Origin: an uncultured Eubacteriales bacterium
Lineage (GTDB): Bacteria; Bacillota; Clostridia; Christensenellales; CAG-138
Direction of reading: 5' to 3'
NCBI GenBank assembly: GCA_902789675.1
Contig: CADAPG010000001.1
Location: 23,859 to 87,858, forward strand
DNA: 64,000 nt
The position numbers and the translations under genes were made by a program. Numbering within the stretch: position 1 is the first letter of the stretch; each line of letters opens with the position of its first letter. Shown here piece by piece: positions 42,254 through 52,686 of this stretch. Under the pieces are notes generated by a model. That model made no database searches and was not told where the DNA came from. It was given only the letters and a program-made list of their open reading frames with translations.

Positions 42254-43016
42254 GGTTCAAAACCTCCTCGGTGTCGAACTCCGGATACAGGACGCGAATC
42301 AGGCACAGACCGTGAGCAGGAGCTGTTGCGCCTGCATCCGAACGGTTTCCGCTTTCGATCGCCTTCTGCATGTCGGAAACAGGCCGTTTTCCGTTTCCGA
42401 TCTCGAGCATTGTTCCGACTAAGATGCGGACCATATTGTACAGGAACCCGTTTCCTTCAACAAAATAAGTCAGATACTTACCGTCCTTGATCCATTCGGA
42501 ACGATAGACCGTGCGCACCGTATTCTCCAATTTGCTGCCGGAGCATTTGAAGGCGTTGAAATCGTGCGTACCCAAAACACATGCGGCTGCGGTTTGCATC
42601 GCTTCGATATCCGGCTTATAGTGCAGATGCAGCGCAGTTGATCTGGAGAACACGTCGGCATGCGCGCCGAGCTGAACGGTATAGGAATACGTTTTTCTTT
42701 TTGCCGAAAAGCGCGCATGAAATGTCGGATCGCATTCTTCGGAGAACAAAACGCGGATATCGGACGGGAGATGCATATTCATGGCGACGGCGAATTTATC
42801 TGCCGCCATTCGGGCGTTCGTATCAAAGTGCGCAACCTGCGCTTTTGCGTGAACGCCGCTGTCGGTCCTTCCGGATCCTTCCACACGAATCTGTTCACCG
42901 ATCAGTTCAAAGAGCGCTTTCTCGAGAAGTTCCTGCACGGAAACACCGTTCGGCTGTACCTGCCAGCCGACGTAATCGGTACCGTCATAGGAGATGATCA
43001 ATCGAATCCGTCTCAT
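42246..43016 (-). CDS. truA: tRNA pseudouridine(38-40) synthase
   Basis: GRTDSGVHA catalytic-Asp motif. 256 aa, downstream of ecfT as in many Firmicutes. Confidence 0.9.
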   Translation of the reverse strand: MRRIRLIISYDGTDYVGWQVQPNGVSVQELLEKALFELIGEQIRVEGSGRTDSGVHAKAQVAHFDTNARMAADKFAVAMNMHLPSDIRVLFSEECDPTFHARFSAKRKTYSYTVQLGAHADVFSRSTALHLHYKPDIEAMQTAAACVLGTHDFNAFKCSGSKLENTVRTVYRSEWIKDGKYLTYFVEGNGFLYNMVRILVGTMLEIGNGKRPVSDMQKAIESGNRSDAGATAPAHGLCLIRVLYPEFDTEEVLNRD

Positions 43017-43816
43017 TTCAGTACAATCAGAAGGACGATCAGGGAAGCCATAAACAAAAGCGTGATCAGTATTGCAAACAGATCTTCTTTTCTGAACTTC
43101 AGCTGCTTCATGCGTGTTCTGCCTTCGCCGCCGTGATAGCAGCGGGATTCCATTGCAATCGCAAGCTCATCTGCCTTTCGGAATGACGAAACAAACAGCG
43201 GGATCAGGATCGGAATCATGCTTTTCACGCGCTTAAATATGTTGCCGCTTTCAAAATCAGCGCCGCGCGACATCTGCGCGTTGCGGATCTTATCGGATTC
43301 ATCCATCAGCGTGGGAACAAAGCGAAGCGCGATCGTCATCATCATGGCAAGCTCGTGGGCGGGGAAGCGAAAGATCTTGAGCGGAGCAAGCAGCTTTTCG
43401 ATTCCGTCCGTCAGCGCGATCGGGGAGGTTGTAAGCGTCAGCATCGAAGCGCCGGCGACAAGAAGAATGATGCGAATCGAGATAAAGCAGGACTGCAGCA
43501 CCGCCTCGCCGGTCAGCTTCCAAAAACCGAGGTCCAGCCATACGTTCTCTCCGCTTGTGAAAAACAGATTCAGTATGAACATGAAGATCAGAAGGATCCG
43601 GATCGGCTTCAGGGAATTGACGATATAACGCAGGGAAATTCCCGAAAGGATTAATTCAAGAACCAGATACGCAAACGGAATTGCCATGAAATAAATCCTT
43701 TTTACAAGAAAGGTCATGGCGATATAGAGGATCATCATAGCGATCTTCGTACGCGGATCCAGTTTATGAATGACGGAATTTCCGGCGACAAATTGTCCGA
43801 GCGTAATGTCACGCAT
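43013..43816 (-). CDS. ecfT: ECF transporter transmembrane (T) component
   Basis: Multi-pass membrane protein following two ECF-type ATPases. 267 aa. Confidence 0.85.
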   Translation of the reverse strand: MRDITLGQFVAGNSVIHKLDPRTKIAMMILYIAMTFLVKRIYFMAIPFAYLVLELILSGISLRYIVNSLKPIRILLIFMFILNLFFTSGENVWLDLGFWKLTGEAVLQSCFISIRIILLVAGASMLTLTTSPIALTDGIEKLLAPLKIFRFPAHELAMMMTIALRFVPTLMDESDKIRNAQMSRGADFESGNIFKRVKSMIPILIPLFVSSFRKADELAIAMESRCYHGGEGRTRMKQLKFRKEDLFAILITLLFMASLIVLLIVLK

Positions 43817-44660
43817 TGCGCTTCACCTCCCGGATCCAGTCCATGAACGCTTGTTCCGTGCATATCGTTCTCGGAATATCGATTCCTCGCCGATTCATTT
43901 CAATGCAGAGCTTTGTGATGCTCGGGACGGATAAACCGATTTGCTGCAGTTCATCCGCATGTGAGAACACCTCCTGCGGCGTATCAAGCAAGAACGCGGA
44001 GCCCTGTTCGAGGACAAGAACCTTTGTCGCATGGTTAGCAATATCATCCATCGAATGCGAGATCATAATGATCGTGCAGCCGGATTCCGAACGAAGCTTT
44101 TCCAGAAGCGTTAAAATCTCGCGCCTGCCGATCGGATCGAGACCTGCCATCGGCTCGTCCAGAACAAGGTATTTCGGACGCATCGCCAAAACGCCTGCGA
44201 TCGCCGCTCTTCTGCGCTCGCCGCCGGACAGATCAAAGGGCGAACGGGATGAGAAGCGTTCCGGATCGAGACCGACAAGCTGCATCGCTTCCGTCACACG
44301 TGTTTTAACTTCCTCCGGTTCGAGCTTCATGTTGCGGGGACCGAAAGCAACGTCATCAAAAACGGTTTCTGCAAACAGCTGATATTCCGGATACTGGAAA
44401 ACCATGCCGACCAGTTCACGGACCTTCTTGCGTTCGGATTTCTGCGACACATCGTGCCCGTCGACCGTCACAGCACCCTTTTCTCCGAAAAGAAGACCGT
44501 TCAGATGCTTCGCAAACGTCGATTTTCCGCAGCCGGTATGTCCGATGATGCCGAGGAAAGAACCTTCTTCGATAGTGAAAGTTAGGTCCTTCAGCGTCGG
44601 TTCAAGGCGCTTTCCGCCCTGTGTATAGGCAAATGTCAGATGGCTTACAATAATGGACAT
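43809..44660 (-). CDS. ecfA2: ECF transporter ATPase component 2
   Basis: Walker A GHTGCGKST, signature LSGGERRR, Walker B YLVLDEP. Confidence 0.9.
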   Translation of the reverse strand: MSIIVSHLTFAYTQGGKRLEPTLKDLTFTIEEGSFLGIIGHTGCGKSTFAKHLNGLLFGEKGAVTVDGHDVSQKSERKKVRELVGMVFQYPEYQLFAETVFDDVAFGPRNMKLEPEEVKTRVTEAMQLVGLDPERFSSRSPFDLSGGERRRAAIAGVLAMRPKYLVLDEPMAGLDPIGRREILTLLEKLRSESGCTIIMISHSMDDIANHATKVLVLEQGSAFLLDTPQEVFSHADELQQIGLSVPSITKLCIEMNRRGIDIPRTICTEQAFMDWIREVKRNA

Positions 44661-45475
44661 AATTCCTCCGAAAGCTGTTCCGCGTTCAAAGCACGATCCG
44701 AAAGCGGGTATCCCATTGCCTTCAGGGAATCCCGAACGGCTACCGCTTCCGGCGGCACCAGATTGCTTTGAAGAAGAATATCGGTATGTTGAAATACTTC
44801 GGAAGGCGTGCCGGTCAGAACGATTTTACCGCCTTTCATGACGACGATGCGATCACAGTCCACCGTTTCGTCCATATACTGCGTAACCATCAGAACGGTC
44901 ATTCCCTGATCGTGGAGCTGTTTGACCGTCGACAGGAGCTCCGCACGTCCGCTCGGATCGAGCATTGCGCTCGCTTCGTCAAGGACAAGGACCTGCGGTT
45001 TCAGTGCAAGAATACCCGCGATTGCGATCCGCTGCTTCTGACCGCCGGACAGATGATGTACGGCAAATTCGGCGTAATCCGTCATGCCGACGGCGTGCAG
45101 CGCTTCATCGACACGCTGACGAATCTCGGACGGCGTTACGCCGAGGTTTTCCGGACCGAAAGCAACGTCCTCCTCGACAATGGTTGTAACAAGCTGATTG
45201 TCCGGATTCTGAAAAGCCATACCGACGATCTGACGAATCTTCAGCAGATTGTCCTCGACTTTGGTGTCCATTCCGTTAACCGTGACGGAACCCTTCGAAG
45301 GCAGCAGAAGTCCGTTGATATGCTTTGCAAGCGTACTCTTTCCGCTGCCGTTGTGACCGACGATCGCAATGAACTCGCCGTCCTGTATCTCAAGCGACAC
45401 ATCGGCAAGCGCGGGAGAAAGCGCATTTTCGTATTGATACGTGATATTATCGAATCTGATCATGGAACGCTCCAT
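44645..45475 (-). CDS. ecfA1: ECF transporter ATPase component 1
   Basis: Walker A GHNGSGKST, signature LSGGQKQR, Walker B VLVLDEA. Confidence 0.9.
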   Translation of the reverse strand: MERSMIRFDNITYQYENALSPALADVSLEIQDGEFIAIVGHNGSGKSTLAKHINGLLLPSKGSVTVNGMDTKVEDNLLKIRQIVGMAFQNPDNQLVTTIVEEDVAFGPENLGVTPSEIRQRVDEALHAVGMTDYAEFAVHHLSGGQKQRIAIAGILALKPQVLVLDEASAMLDPSGRAELLSTVKQLHDQGMTVLMVTQYMDETVDCDRIVVMKGGKIVLTGTPSEVFQHTDILLQSNLVPPEAVAVRDSLKAMGYPLSDRALNAEQLSEELCPLL

Positions 45476-45555
45476 TCAAAATTTCAAACAATAGTATACA
45501 TTAGGTCTATCTATTTTTCAAGCGATTTGTTATAATCAAAGCGGAGGTGATTTGC

Positions 45556-46908
45556 ATGCTGACGCGTTTAAAATCTGTCGATACGATCGTATCGTGCGAT
45601 GCGTTTGATCGTGTTTACCGTCACACGGATCTTTGGTTTGAAAACGGTGCAATCGCGCACATCGGCGATTGGGACAGAACAGCCGATCGTGAGTATGACG
45701 GTACGGGAACGATCGTGTACCCGGGTCTTATCAACGTACATCATCACCTGTATCAGTATTTTACGCGCAATCTCAGCAAAGTCCAGAACTATGAGCTGTT
45801 CGATTGGCTCAAGGCGCTTTACGGCGTATGGAAGAACCTGAACGAGAAAACAGTATTGTTGAGCTCTGCTGCAGGCATGGCGGAGCTGATGCGATACGGC
45901 TGCACGACCTGCTTTGATCATCACTATGTTTTTCCGGCAGACAGCGGCGATCTTCTCGGCGCACAGTTTGAAGCGGCGAAGGCTCTCGGTATCCGCATGC
46001 ACGCTTCCCGCGGGAGCATGGATCTGTCTGAGAAGGACGGGGGACTTCCGCCGGATTCCGTGGTACAGACGGTCGATGCGATCCTCAAGGACAGCGAACG
46101 TGCAATTCAGGCATATCACGATCCGAGCCGTTTTTCCATGCGACAGGTCGTGATCGCACCGTGTTCACCGTTTTCCGCATCCGGTCCGCTGTACCGTGAA
46201 AGCGCGATCCTTGCCAGACAGCACGGCGTTCGGCTGCATACGCATCTCTGTGAAACGAAAGATGAAGAGGCGTATACGCTTTCGGCATTCGGAATACGTC
46301 CGTTCGATTATCTTGCATCGCTCGGTTGGACGGGAGAAGACGTGTTTTACGCGCACGGCATTCATTTTAACGACAGTGAGCTGGATCGCATCGCCGAGAC
46401 CGGAACGAAAATCGCGCATTGTCCTGTATCGAACATGAAATTAAGCAGCGGCGTGATGCGGCTTCCGGATATGCTGGACAGAAAGATTACGGTCGGTTTG
46501 GCGGTTGACGGCTCGGCAAGCAACGACGGGTCCAATCTGATGGATGAGATGCGCGCGGCATACCTTGTGCATCGCCTCACCTGGGGAAATCGGGCGCCGG
46601 GCGGATATGAGATTCTGAAACTTGCTACCGTCGGAAGCGCAAAAGTTCTCGGCAGGGACGATCTCGGTTCGATTGAAGTGGGAAAAGCCGCCGATTTATT
46701 TGCGATCGACCGAAATACCAGCGATCTTCTCTGCGCGATCGACGATCCGAAAAACCTGTTCGGCAACGTCGGGTATCACCGTCCGTGTGAATATGTGTTT
46801 GTAAACGGCGAGCTGACGGTATACAAGGGAAAGATCATGCGGATCGACGAGGAAACGCTTCAATGCCTTTCGCAAACGGAATTAAAACGGTTCCTATCGA
46901 CGCTGTAA
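45556..46908 (+). CDS. Amidohydrolase-superfamily deaminase/chlorohydrolase (8-oxoguanine deaminase / SsnA-like)
   Basis: GGAGGTG RBS then ATG 45556. Metal motif INVHHHLYQ, later HTHLCE and HGIH. About 450 aa. Confidence 0.7.
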   Translation: MLTRLKSVDTIVSCDAFDRVYRHTDLWFENGAIAHIGDWDRTADREYDGTGTIVYPGLINVHHHLYQYFTRNLSKVQNYELFDWLKALYGVWKNLNEKTVLLSSAAGMAELMRYGCTTCFDHHYVFPADSGDLLGAQFEAAKALGIRMHASRGSMDLSEKDGGLPPDSVVQTVDAILKDSERAIQAYHDPSRFSMRQVVIAPCSPFSASGPLYRESAILARQHGVRLHTHLCETKDEEAYTLSAFGIRPFDYLASLGWTGEDVFYAHGIHFNDSELDRIAETGTKIAHCPVSNMKLSSGVMRLPDMLDRKITVGLAVDGSASNDGSNLMDEMRAAYLVHRLTWGNRAPGGYEILKLATVGSAKVLGRDDLGSIEVGKAADLFAIDRNTSDLLCAIDDPKNLFGNVGYHRPCEYVFVNGELTVYKGKIMRIDEETLQCLSQTELKRFLSTL

Positions 46909-46910
46909 TG

Positions 46911-46943
46911 AAAAAATGTGTGCTTTGACGGCACACATTTTTT
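46911..46943. terminator. Bidirectional terminator between convergent genes
   Basis: AAAAAATGTGTGC-TTTGACG-GCACACATTTTTT perfect 13-bp inverted repeat. Confidence 0.75.
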
Positions 46944-46946
46944 ACA

Positions 46947-47681
46947 TCAAAGAAACTCAATCTCCCCACGATCCACAGCATTTTCCGTTCCGTCGTCAAA
47001 TTGCACGATCAGACGAAACGAGCGGTCGATTCCGCTCGCAATGCCGTATCGGACCCCGTCCGGTTCGGAAACGAGAACGCGCCGTCCGCTGCCGATCAGC
47101 CTGTCCCGATAGGACTCATAAAACGCGATCGAGGGCAGCTGGTCATAATACCGTTTGAAGCGCGCAAGCAATCGTTTCAGGAATTGCTTTCTCAATTCTT
47201 CATCCGGGTCTCCCGAAAATACGGCGGTTGCCGTTTCGGAGAGCTTATCGGGAAATCCGTTCTCCGGATAAAACAGATTCACACCGATCCCGACAACGGC
47301 ATAATCAAAGCTGCCGTCCTGGTTCAGATGACTCTCGGTCAGGATACCTGCGGCTTTTTTGCCGTGTATATAGATATCGTTGACCCATTTGATCCCGCAT
47401 TCGACCTGATAATCCTCGATCGTCTCGGCAAGCGCAACAGCAGACATACACGTTAATGCGTACGGCGGCAGCAGACAGGAGGGACGAAGGAGGATCGAAA
47501 CATACAGCCCCGTACCCTTCGGCGAGAAGAAGACACGGTTCAGCCTTCCTCGCCCGTTGGTCTGAGATGCGGCAGCAAGCACATATCCTTCCGGAACGCC
47601 TTCCTTCGCGAGCGCCTTGACCGTCGTATTGGTCGATTTGACGGAATCGACCGTATGCAGCTTATAGGGAAGCGACGGCAT
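46947..47681 (-). CDS. birA: Biotin--[acetyl-CoA-carboxylase] ligase (no N-terminal HTH)
   Basis: GRGRLNRVFFSPKGTGLYVSILL motif; 244 aa. Confidence 0.85.
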   Translation of the reverse strand: MPSLPYKLHTVDSVKSTNTTVKALAKEGVPEGYVLAAASQTNGRGRLNRVFFSPKGTGLYVSILLRPSCLLPPYALTCMSAVALAETIEDYQVECGIKWVNDIYIHGKKAAGILTESHLNQDGSFDYAVVGIGVNLFYPENGFPDKLSETATAVFSGDPDEELRKQFLKRLLARFKRYYDQLPSIAFYESYRDRLIGSGRRVLVSEPDGVRYGIASGIDRSFRLIVQFDDGTENAVDRGEIEFL

Positions 47682-48751
47682 CAGTCAACCGTCTCCTTCG
47701 CCACGTAAGCGCTTGTGCTTGCGGAAAGAAGCGCGCCGTAATCGAGACCGAACGAAACGGTATCGCCGACCTTGTAATGCTTCGCCTTCGTAAGATCGAG
47801 CAGCAGATGGTCAGAGCTTGCGCCGATGATTTCCACATCCGGATCGATCGGCGTCAACCCGTCGACACGCACATCCTGTCTGCCGATCGCAGCGATCGCG
47901 CGGCGCATGATCCCCTTATCCACATATTCGACCGTTTCGCCGAACGCATTGCGGCTGAGCGTTCCGATGGGGTAGGAGGGCTTCTTCTTGCATTCCACGA
48001 TCGTCGCGTCGAGCTGAAATACATCCTGATAACATCCTTCGATCGCCGTATACATGCCCGGGATCACGCCGCACATGACGGATTCACCGAGGCGCAGATG
48101 ATTGATCCCGGTCGGAAGCGTTCCGTCAAGCAGCAGCTGCAGCGAAGTGCTGTTTCCGCCGGAGATGATCGGAATCGGAAGATCAAGCTCCGCCCGCAGC
48201 CATTCCGTGATCGATACGAGCGTTCCGAGATTATCCCGATCCGGCAAAACGGAACCGTAACAGGTAAGGTTCGTGCCGGTTCCGTACAGTTCAAGATGCG
48301 GACAGGCTTTCACCGTTTGCGCGGCGTCAAGGATCTCGTCACGGTTGCGGAAGAAGATCCCCTCACGTAGATCGCCTAGATCGATCATCAGGATCACGCG
48401 ATGCGTTTTACCGAGTTTTGCAGCGGCTTCTTCCAGCGCAAGGATCGTCTCTTTTTCGCTCTCAAGGCTGATGTCGGAAGCGCGGACGATATCTTCGGCG
48501 GCTTCCGGCATGCCGATCCGAAGCATCAGCTTCGGAAGATCGGAGACCGATTTTTCAAGATTCTCGATTCTGGAATCCGCAAGCATATCCGCGCCGCTCC
48601 GATTGATGCAGTCGATCGCGGACGGATGCGCGCAAACGACCTTTGAAACAAGCGCGATCTGAACGCCCTGCGCGTGCGCGGCATTGACAAGCGTCTGCAT
48701 GTTGTGCAGAAGCTTTTGTTTGTGAATGATCAGTTTCGGATTTCGTTCCAT
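47681..48751 (-). CDS. orr: Alanine-racemase-fold PLP enzyme; ornithine racemase by context
   Basis: 356 aa with an alanine-racemase-like N-terminal barrel (VSKVVCAH). Last gene of the ornithine degradation cluster. Confidence 0.65.
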   Translation of the reverse strand: MERNPKLIIHKQKLLHNMQTLVNAAHAQGVQIALVSKVVCAHPSAIDCINRSGADMLADSRIENLEKSVSDLPKLMLRIGMPEAAEDIVRASDISLESEKETILALEEAAAKLGKTHRVILMIDLGDLREGIFFRNRDEILDAAQTVKACPHLELYGTGTNLTCYGSVLPDRDNLGTLVSITEWLRAELDLPIPIISGGNSTSLQLLLDGTLPTGINHLRLGESVMCGVIPGMYTAIEGCYQDVFQLDATIVECKKKPSYPIGTLSRNAFGETVEYVDKGIMRRAIAAIGRQDVRVDGLTPIDPDVEIIGASSDHLLLDLTKAKHYKVGDTVSFGLDYGALLSASTSAYVAKETVD

Positions 48752-50106
48752 CGGATACTCTCCTTCAGAAGACGCAGCGCGGATTCGGGATCATCCTTTG
48801 AAAGAACGCCGACCGACGCCATGATATAATCGTTGTCAAACAGCAATCGAACGGTACCGGGCGACGGCAGAAGCTGCATACGGCTTTTGTTGCAGTCTGC
48901 GATCGTCCGCAGGATCGATTCGTGATGCGGAAGACGGGTGAGCGCACCGCCGGTTCCGATAAGCCACTTGATCGCGGTCAGATCCTTGCCTTCCGCAATC
49001 GTGCGCCGTCCCTGCGGGGTATACAGATGCCGAAGCTTACCGGCATGCCGATCCAAAGCGACGAGCCCGGCTTCGAGGCAGAGCCGTTCGGTGAGTCTGA
49101 ACTGTGTTTCGGTTTCCGGAATCGGCAGATACGCCTGCATCACAGTGGCGGTATCGATCCCGAGTTCCTTGTTCAGGGTATCGGTTCCGATCCGATCAAC
49201 CAGGTTGTGCGCGTTGATATAGAGACCGAGATCGCCTTCCACGGTTCGCTTTGCTTTCGGTTCGGGGGAGGTCATCATGGATACGATCTCCGGCGAACCG
49301 TCCGTAACGGAGTGAACGTCCGTCGTTGCGCCGCCGATATCGATCGCGGCAAGATCACCGATCTCATCATACAGAAGCTGCGCGGAAAGCATGACGCTGC
49401 CGGGCGTCGGCAGGATCGCACCGTTGACCATATCGCGGATATGCTCCATACCGGGCGCCTTCACGATATGCTCTTCAAACATCGCGTGGATGACCTTGCG
49501 GACCGATTCAACGTTCAGTTCGTCAAGACGCGGATAGACGTTATCGGCAATGGAAAGAGGGATACCGTGTTCCGCCGCAATGCGGGAAACGATCGTCCGG
49601 TTCTGTACGTTGCCGCAATAGATGATCGGCGTTTTCTGACCGTGCTCTGCGATCGCGCGCATATTGTACACGGCGGTTTCTCGCTCGCCGTAATCGGTTC
49701 CGCCTGCGAGCAGGATCAGATTCGGACGCGCGGCATCCAGATCATCAAGATCGAATTCGTTCATCTTTCCCGCAGTCGTCTGTACAATGATCGCGCCTGC
49801 GCCCAGAGCGGCAGCTTCCGCCGCACGCACCGTCATATCGCGGACAAGCCCGTGGACCGTCATACGAAGACCGCCCGCAGCGGATCCGGAAGCCAGCATC
49901 CGATCGTACGAAAGAGTCTTTTCACCGGTATGCAAAAGAAGATCGTCAACGGCGTTCTGAAGCCCGATCCGCACATCGCCGTCCAATACTGTTGTGGGGG
50001 CTTTGCCCTGCGCAACGAAACGAGGCGATGTCGAACCAAGACCGTCGAACGCGTTGACGATCGTCGTGGTAGATCCGATTTCGGCTACGAGTACATTAAC
50101 GTGCAT
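48730..50106 (-). CDS. GlmL/MutL-like protein (putative aminomutase reactivase/chaperone)
   Basis: 458 aa. Actin-like ATPase pattern VAEIGSTTT...IDIGGATTD. Lies between oraE and orr. Confidence 0.65.
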   Translation of the reverse strand: MHVNVLVAEIGSTTTIVNAFDGLGSTSPRFVAQGKAPTTVLDGDVRIGLQNAVDDLLLHTGEKTLSYDRMLASGSAAGGLRMTVHGLVRDMTVRAAEAAALGAGAIIVQTTAGKMNEFDLDDLDAARPNLILLAGGTDYGERETAVYNMRAIAEHGQKTPIIYCGNVQNRTIVSRIAAEHGIPLSIADNVYPRLDELNVESVRKVIHAMFEEHIVKAPGMEHIRDMVNGAILPTPGSVMLSAQLLYDEIGDLAAIDIGGATTDVHSVTDGSPEIVSMMTSPEPKAKRTVEGDLGLYINAHNLVDRIGTDTLNKELGIDTATVMQAYLPIPETETQFRLTERLCLEAGLVALDRHAGKLRHLYTPQGRRTIAEGKDLTAIKWLIGTGGALTRLPHHESILRTIADCNKSRMQLLPSPGTVRLLFDNDYIMASVGVLSKDDPESALRLLKESIRWNEIRN

Positions 50107-52324
50107 TCTGTTCTCTTCTTGCGCGTTCCTTTACGAGGAATGTCGCAACATGGTTTCCGTGCGATCCGCGTCCGAATCCGACGTCTGCGCCCGCCGCGCG
50201 CGCGCCTTCGTCGGTGACCTGCGTGCCGCCTGCAACGAACATCAGCTTGTCGCGTACGCCCATTTCACGCGCGATACGGTCGACCTTAGCGATATTCTTG
50301 TAATGGATATCGTCGTGCGAGATGATGCAGGAAGCGAGCATGGCGTCTGCATTCGTTTCGATTGCTGCCTGCACAAGTTTTTCAGGCGGTACAGACGTTC
50401 CGAGATAGATGCATTCGATACCGTACTTTTCAATACCGCCGTGCTTGATATTCAGGATCTCACGAAGACCGACCGAATGCTCGTCGTCGCCGATCGTGCC
50501 GGCAACGATGCGCATCGGCTTCTTGTCGATCGCATCCCAGAGTTCTTCGTCGCTGAGCACATCCGGAACGGTCGGAAGCTGCAGATCGTCCATATTGATG
50601 GAGAAGGCGACCTTGCCCTTCATTTCGATGCGCGTACCCTCTGCGCGGTGCATGATCTCGCGGTTGATGACTTCGCATTCACAGAGATTCATGCGCTTGC
50701 CGATCTCCAGCGCAGCCGCTTCCGCGTGACGGACGTCGGTGGGGAAGAACATGGTCAGCATGACCGTGCCGTCGGCGAGCCATTCCATTTCCGGCTTGAT
50801 GAGCTTTGCGTTCGGACCTGCAAAGTCCTTGACTTCGTCCATGCGGAGATACACGTTGTCGGTCTCGTCGAGCTCGTCGATATACTGGATCTTATCCGGG
50901 CATTCAAACGTGCAGCCGCCGATCAGCTTGGACGGATCATCGACCGCGTCCGGATCGTACTGCGCAACGTTGTTGTAGCCGTAATGCGCGGTAACCGGAG
51001 CACAGTAGTCCGCTGCGCGCTTGATGACCGTACCGACGCCGATGCCGCCGTCGATCTTACGGGAGATACCGTCGCCGTTGCGCTCGGGGAACATGCCGCT
51101 GTCCACAAAGAAGCCTTCTTCGACGGAGTTGAAGTACCCGCCCAGTTCGATCATGTTTTCGAGGAACAGGATCGCGCGTTCTTTGAGTTCGCGCGCTTTC
51201 TCGCGGAGATAGCCGTCCTTTTTAAGCTCAACCATTTCCATGAGCCCGTCCATACCGATCAGCGCCTGCTTTGCGGTGTCGCATGCCTCGATGTTGTAGA
51301 TGTGCCATGGCACGTTGCGACCTTCGTCCGGCGTGATCGTGCTCTGGATATCCGCGCTCGTCAGCTTCGAAATGACCATGTTCAGAACATGGGTAACCGT
51401 CGCTTCACGCGTAGACGCTTCGATGTACTTCGTGTTCATCTGCGCACGCATGCGGTACTCATGGAACAGATCACGAAGTGCAACGGCATAGGGCAGGTCC
51501 ATATGGATGCACGGACCGGGCGTTGCCGTCGGCGGAACGGTGGAGAGGCAGATGTTCTTTTTCTTCATGCCGACTTTGGCGGAAATCAGCGCGTTGATGC
51601 CGTGCTGCACCATCAGTTCCGGCATGACCTTCCACGCGTCGCGCGCGGTTGCGTTCGCATTGTGCGCGCCGTCGATCTGCGCCATGTCCGCCCAAGCCAT
51701 GATCTTCTTGGATTCACACGCGTCGACGAACGAACGGACCATATTGATGTTGCGGTAAATGACGTTGTACTGCGGATCCTGGTGCGCGCCGTTGACGCCT
51801 TCTTCGGCAAACATAACGGCGATATCCGGACCGGCAACGCCGGAAACGTAGCTGTGGTAATTGATCGGACGACCGACTTCGTCTTCGATCATATCAAGCG
51901 CTTTGCGCTGTGCGCGAACCTGCTTGCGCGTGACTGGGACACCGCCGATGCCCTGCGGCGTACCTTCGATCAATCCGTCGAAGTGGCTCTGCCCCGCAGT
52001 ACGGATGACCATGATATGGTCCGCACCGTGATGCGCCGCCATGCGCATGCGGCGGATGTCGTCTTCGAAACGACCGGAAGCGATCTCCGTCGTGATGACA
52101 GGGAGCGGCTGCGGGTCGATATCGCCGAAATAGTGGGCGGGGGGAAGTCCCACGCTGTCCTTCAGAGGCTTGCTTGCGTCTTCGTACGTGAACGGTCCCA
52201 TCTGCAGTCCGGGAACCGGCTCGCGCCAGGTCCAGCCGCGGCGGCGGGGATGGTAATGCTCGAGGTCCTTGAGAATCTCCGCAACGTCGATCTTGGTATC
52301 TTTATCCAGTCTGTAGTCGCTCAT
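50096..52324 (-). CDS. oraE: D-ornithine 4,5-aminomutase, large (E) subunit, cobalamin- and PLP-dependent
   Basis: 742 aa. C-terminal DxHxxG cobalamin motif (DDEHSVG). Preceded by the small S subunit with a 4-nt overlap. Confidence 0.8.
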   Translation of the reverse strand: MSDYRLDKDTKIDVAEILKDLEHYHPRRRGWTWREPVPGLQMGPFTYEDASKPLKDSVGLPPAHYFGDIDPQPLPVITTEIASGRFEDDIRRMRMAAHHGADHIMVIRTAGQSHFDGLIEGTPQGIGGVPVTRKQVRAQRKALDMIEDEVGRPINYHSYVSGVAGPDIAVMFAEEGVNGAHQDPQYNVIYRNINMVRSFVDACESKKIMAWADMAQIDGAHNANATARDAWKVMPELMVQHGINALISAKVGMKKKNICLSTVPPTATPGPCIHMDLPYAVALRDLFHEYRMRAQMNTKYIEASTREATVTHVLNMVISKLTSADIQSTITPDEGRNVPWHIYNIEACDTAKQALIGMDGLMEMVELKKDGYLREKARELKERAILFLENMIELGGYFNSVEEGFFVDSGMFPERNGDGISRKIDGGIGVGTVIKRAADYCAPVTAHYGYNNVAQYDPDAVDDPSKLIGGCTFECPDKIQYIDELDETDNVYLRMDEVKDFAGPNAKLIKPEMEWLADGTVMLTMFFPTDVRHAEAAALEIGKRMNLCECEVINREIMHRAEGTRIEMKGKVAFSINMDDLQLPTVPDVLSDEELWDAIDKKPMRIVAGTIGDDEHSVGLREILNIKHGGIEKYGIECIYLGTSVPPEKLVQAAIETNADAMLASCIISHDDIHYKNIAKVDRIAREMGVRDKLMFVAGGTQVTDEGARAAGADVGFGRGSHGNHVATFLVKERARREQNAR

Positions 52325-52686
52325 GCGTTTTCACCTCCGAACAATGCTTCCGCTTCGTCCCAGCAAGCCTTCTCGATCAGCTTGAGCCCTGCGGCACGAA
52401 CGTCCGTTCCGTCCTTTTTGGAGAGGCGATAGACGACATTGCCTGCGCCGTGTTCCATCAGATTGTGTTCCATGCAACCCTCAACCAGCGCTTTGGCTTC
52501 GAGAGAGGAGAAGCCCATGCGAAGCAGTACGCTGCGTTCGATCGCGGGCGTCGTGTTCTCATATCCGAGCTTCAGCAGAGGATCGATCAGTTCTTCGATC
52601 AGCGACCAAAACCGTGTTTCGAGTTCGGCATCGGAGAGATCCTTGAGATGCTCTCTTCTTGTTTCAAAGTCGTCGTTGCGTTTCAT
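52321..52686 (-). CDS. oraS: D-ornithine 4,5-aminomutase, small (S) subunit
   Basis: 121 aa, translationally coupled to oraE. Assigned from cluster context. Confidence 0.75.
   Translation of the reverse strand: MKRNDDFETRREHLKDLSDAELETRFWSLIEELIDPLLKLGYENTTPAIERSVLLRMGFSSLEAKALVEGCMEHNLMEHGAGNVVYRLSKKDGTDVRAAGLKLIEKACWDEAEALFGGENA

Noticed and set aside
49994-52432. 812-aa plus-strand ORF
   Set aside because: It is antisense to oraE, which has a cobalamin motif and translational coupling. Its composition is dominated by R/V/D/A/H, a classic antisense artefact.
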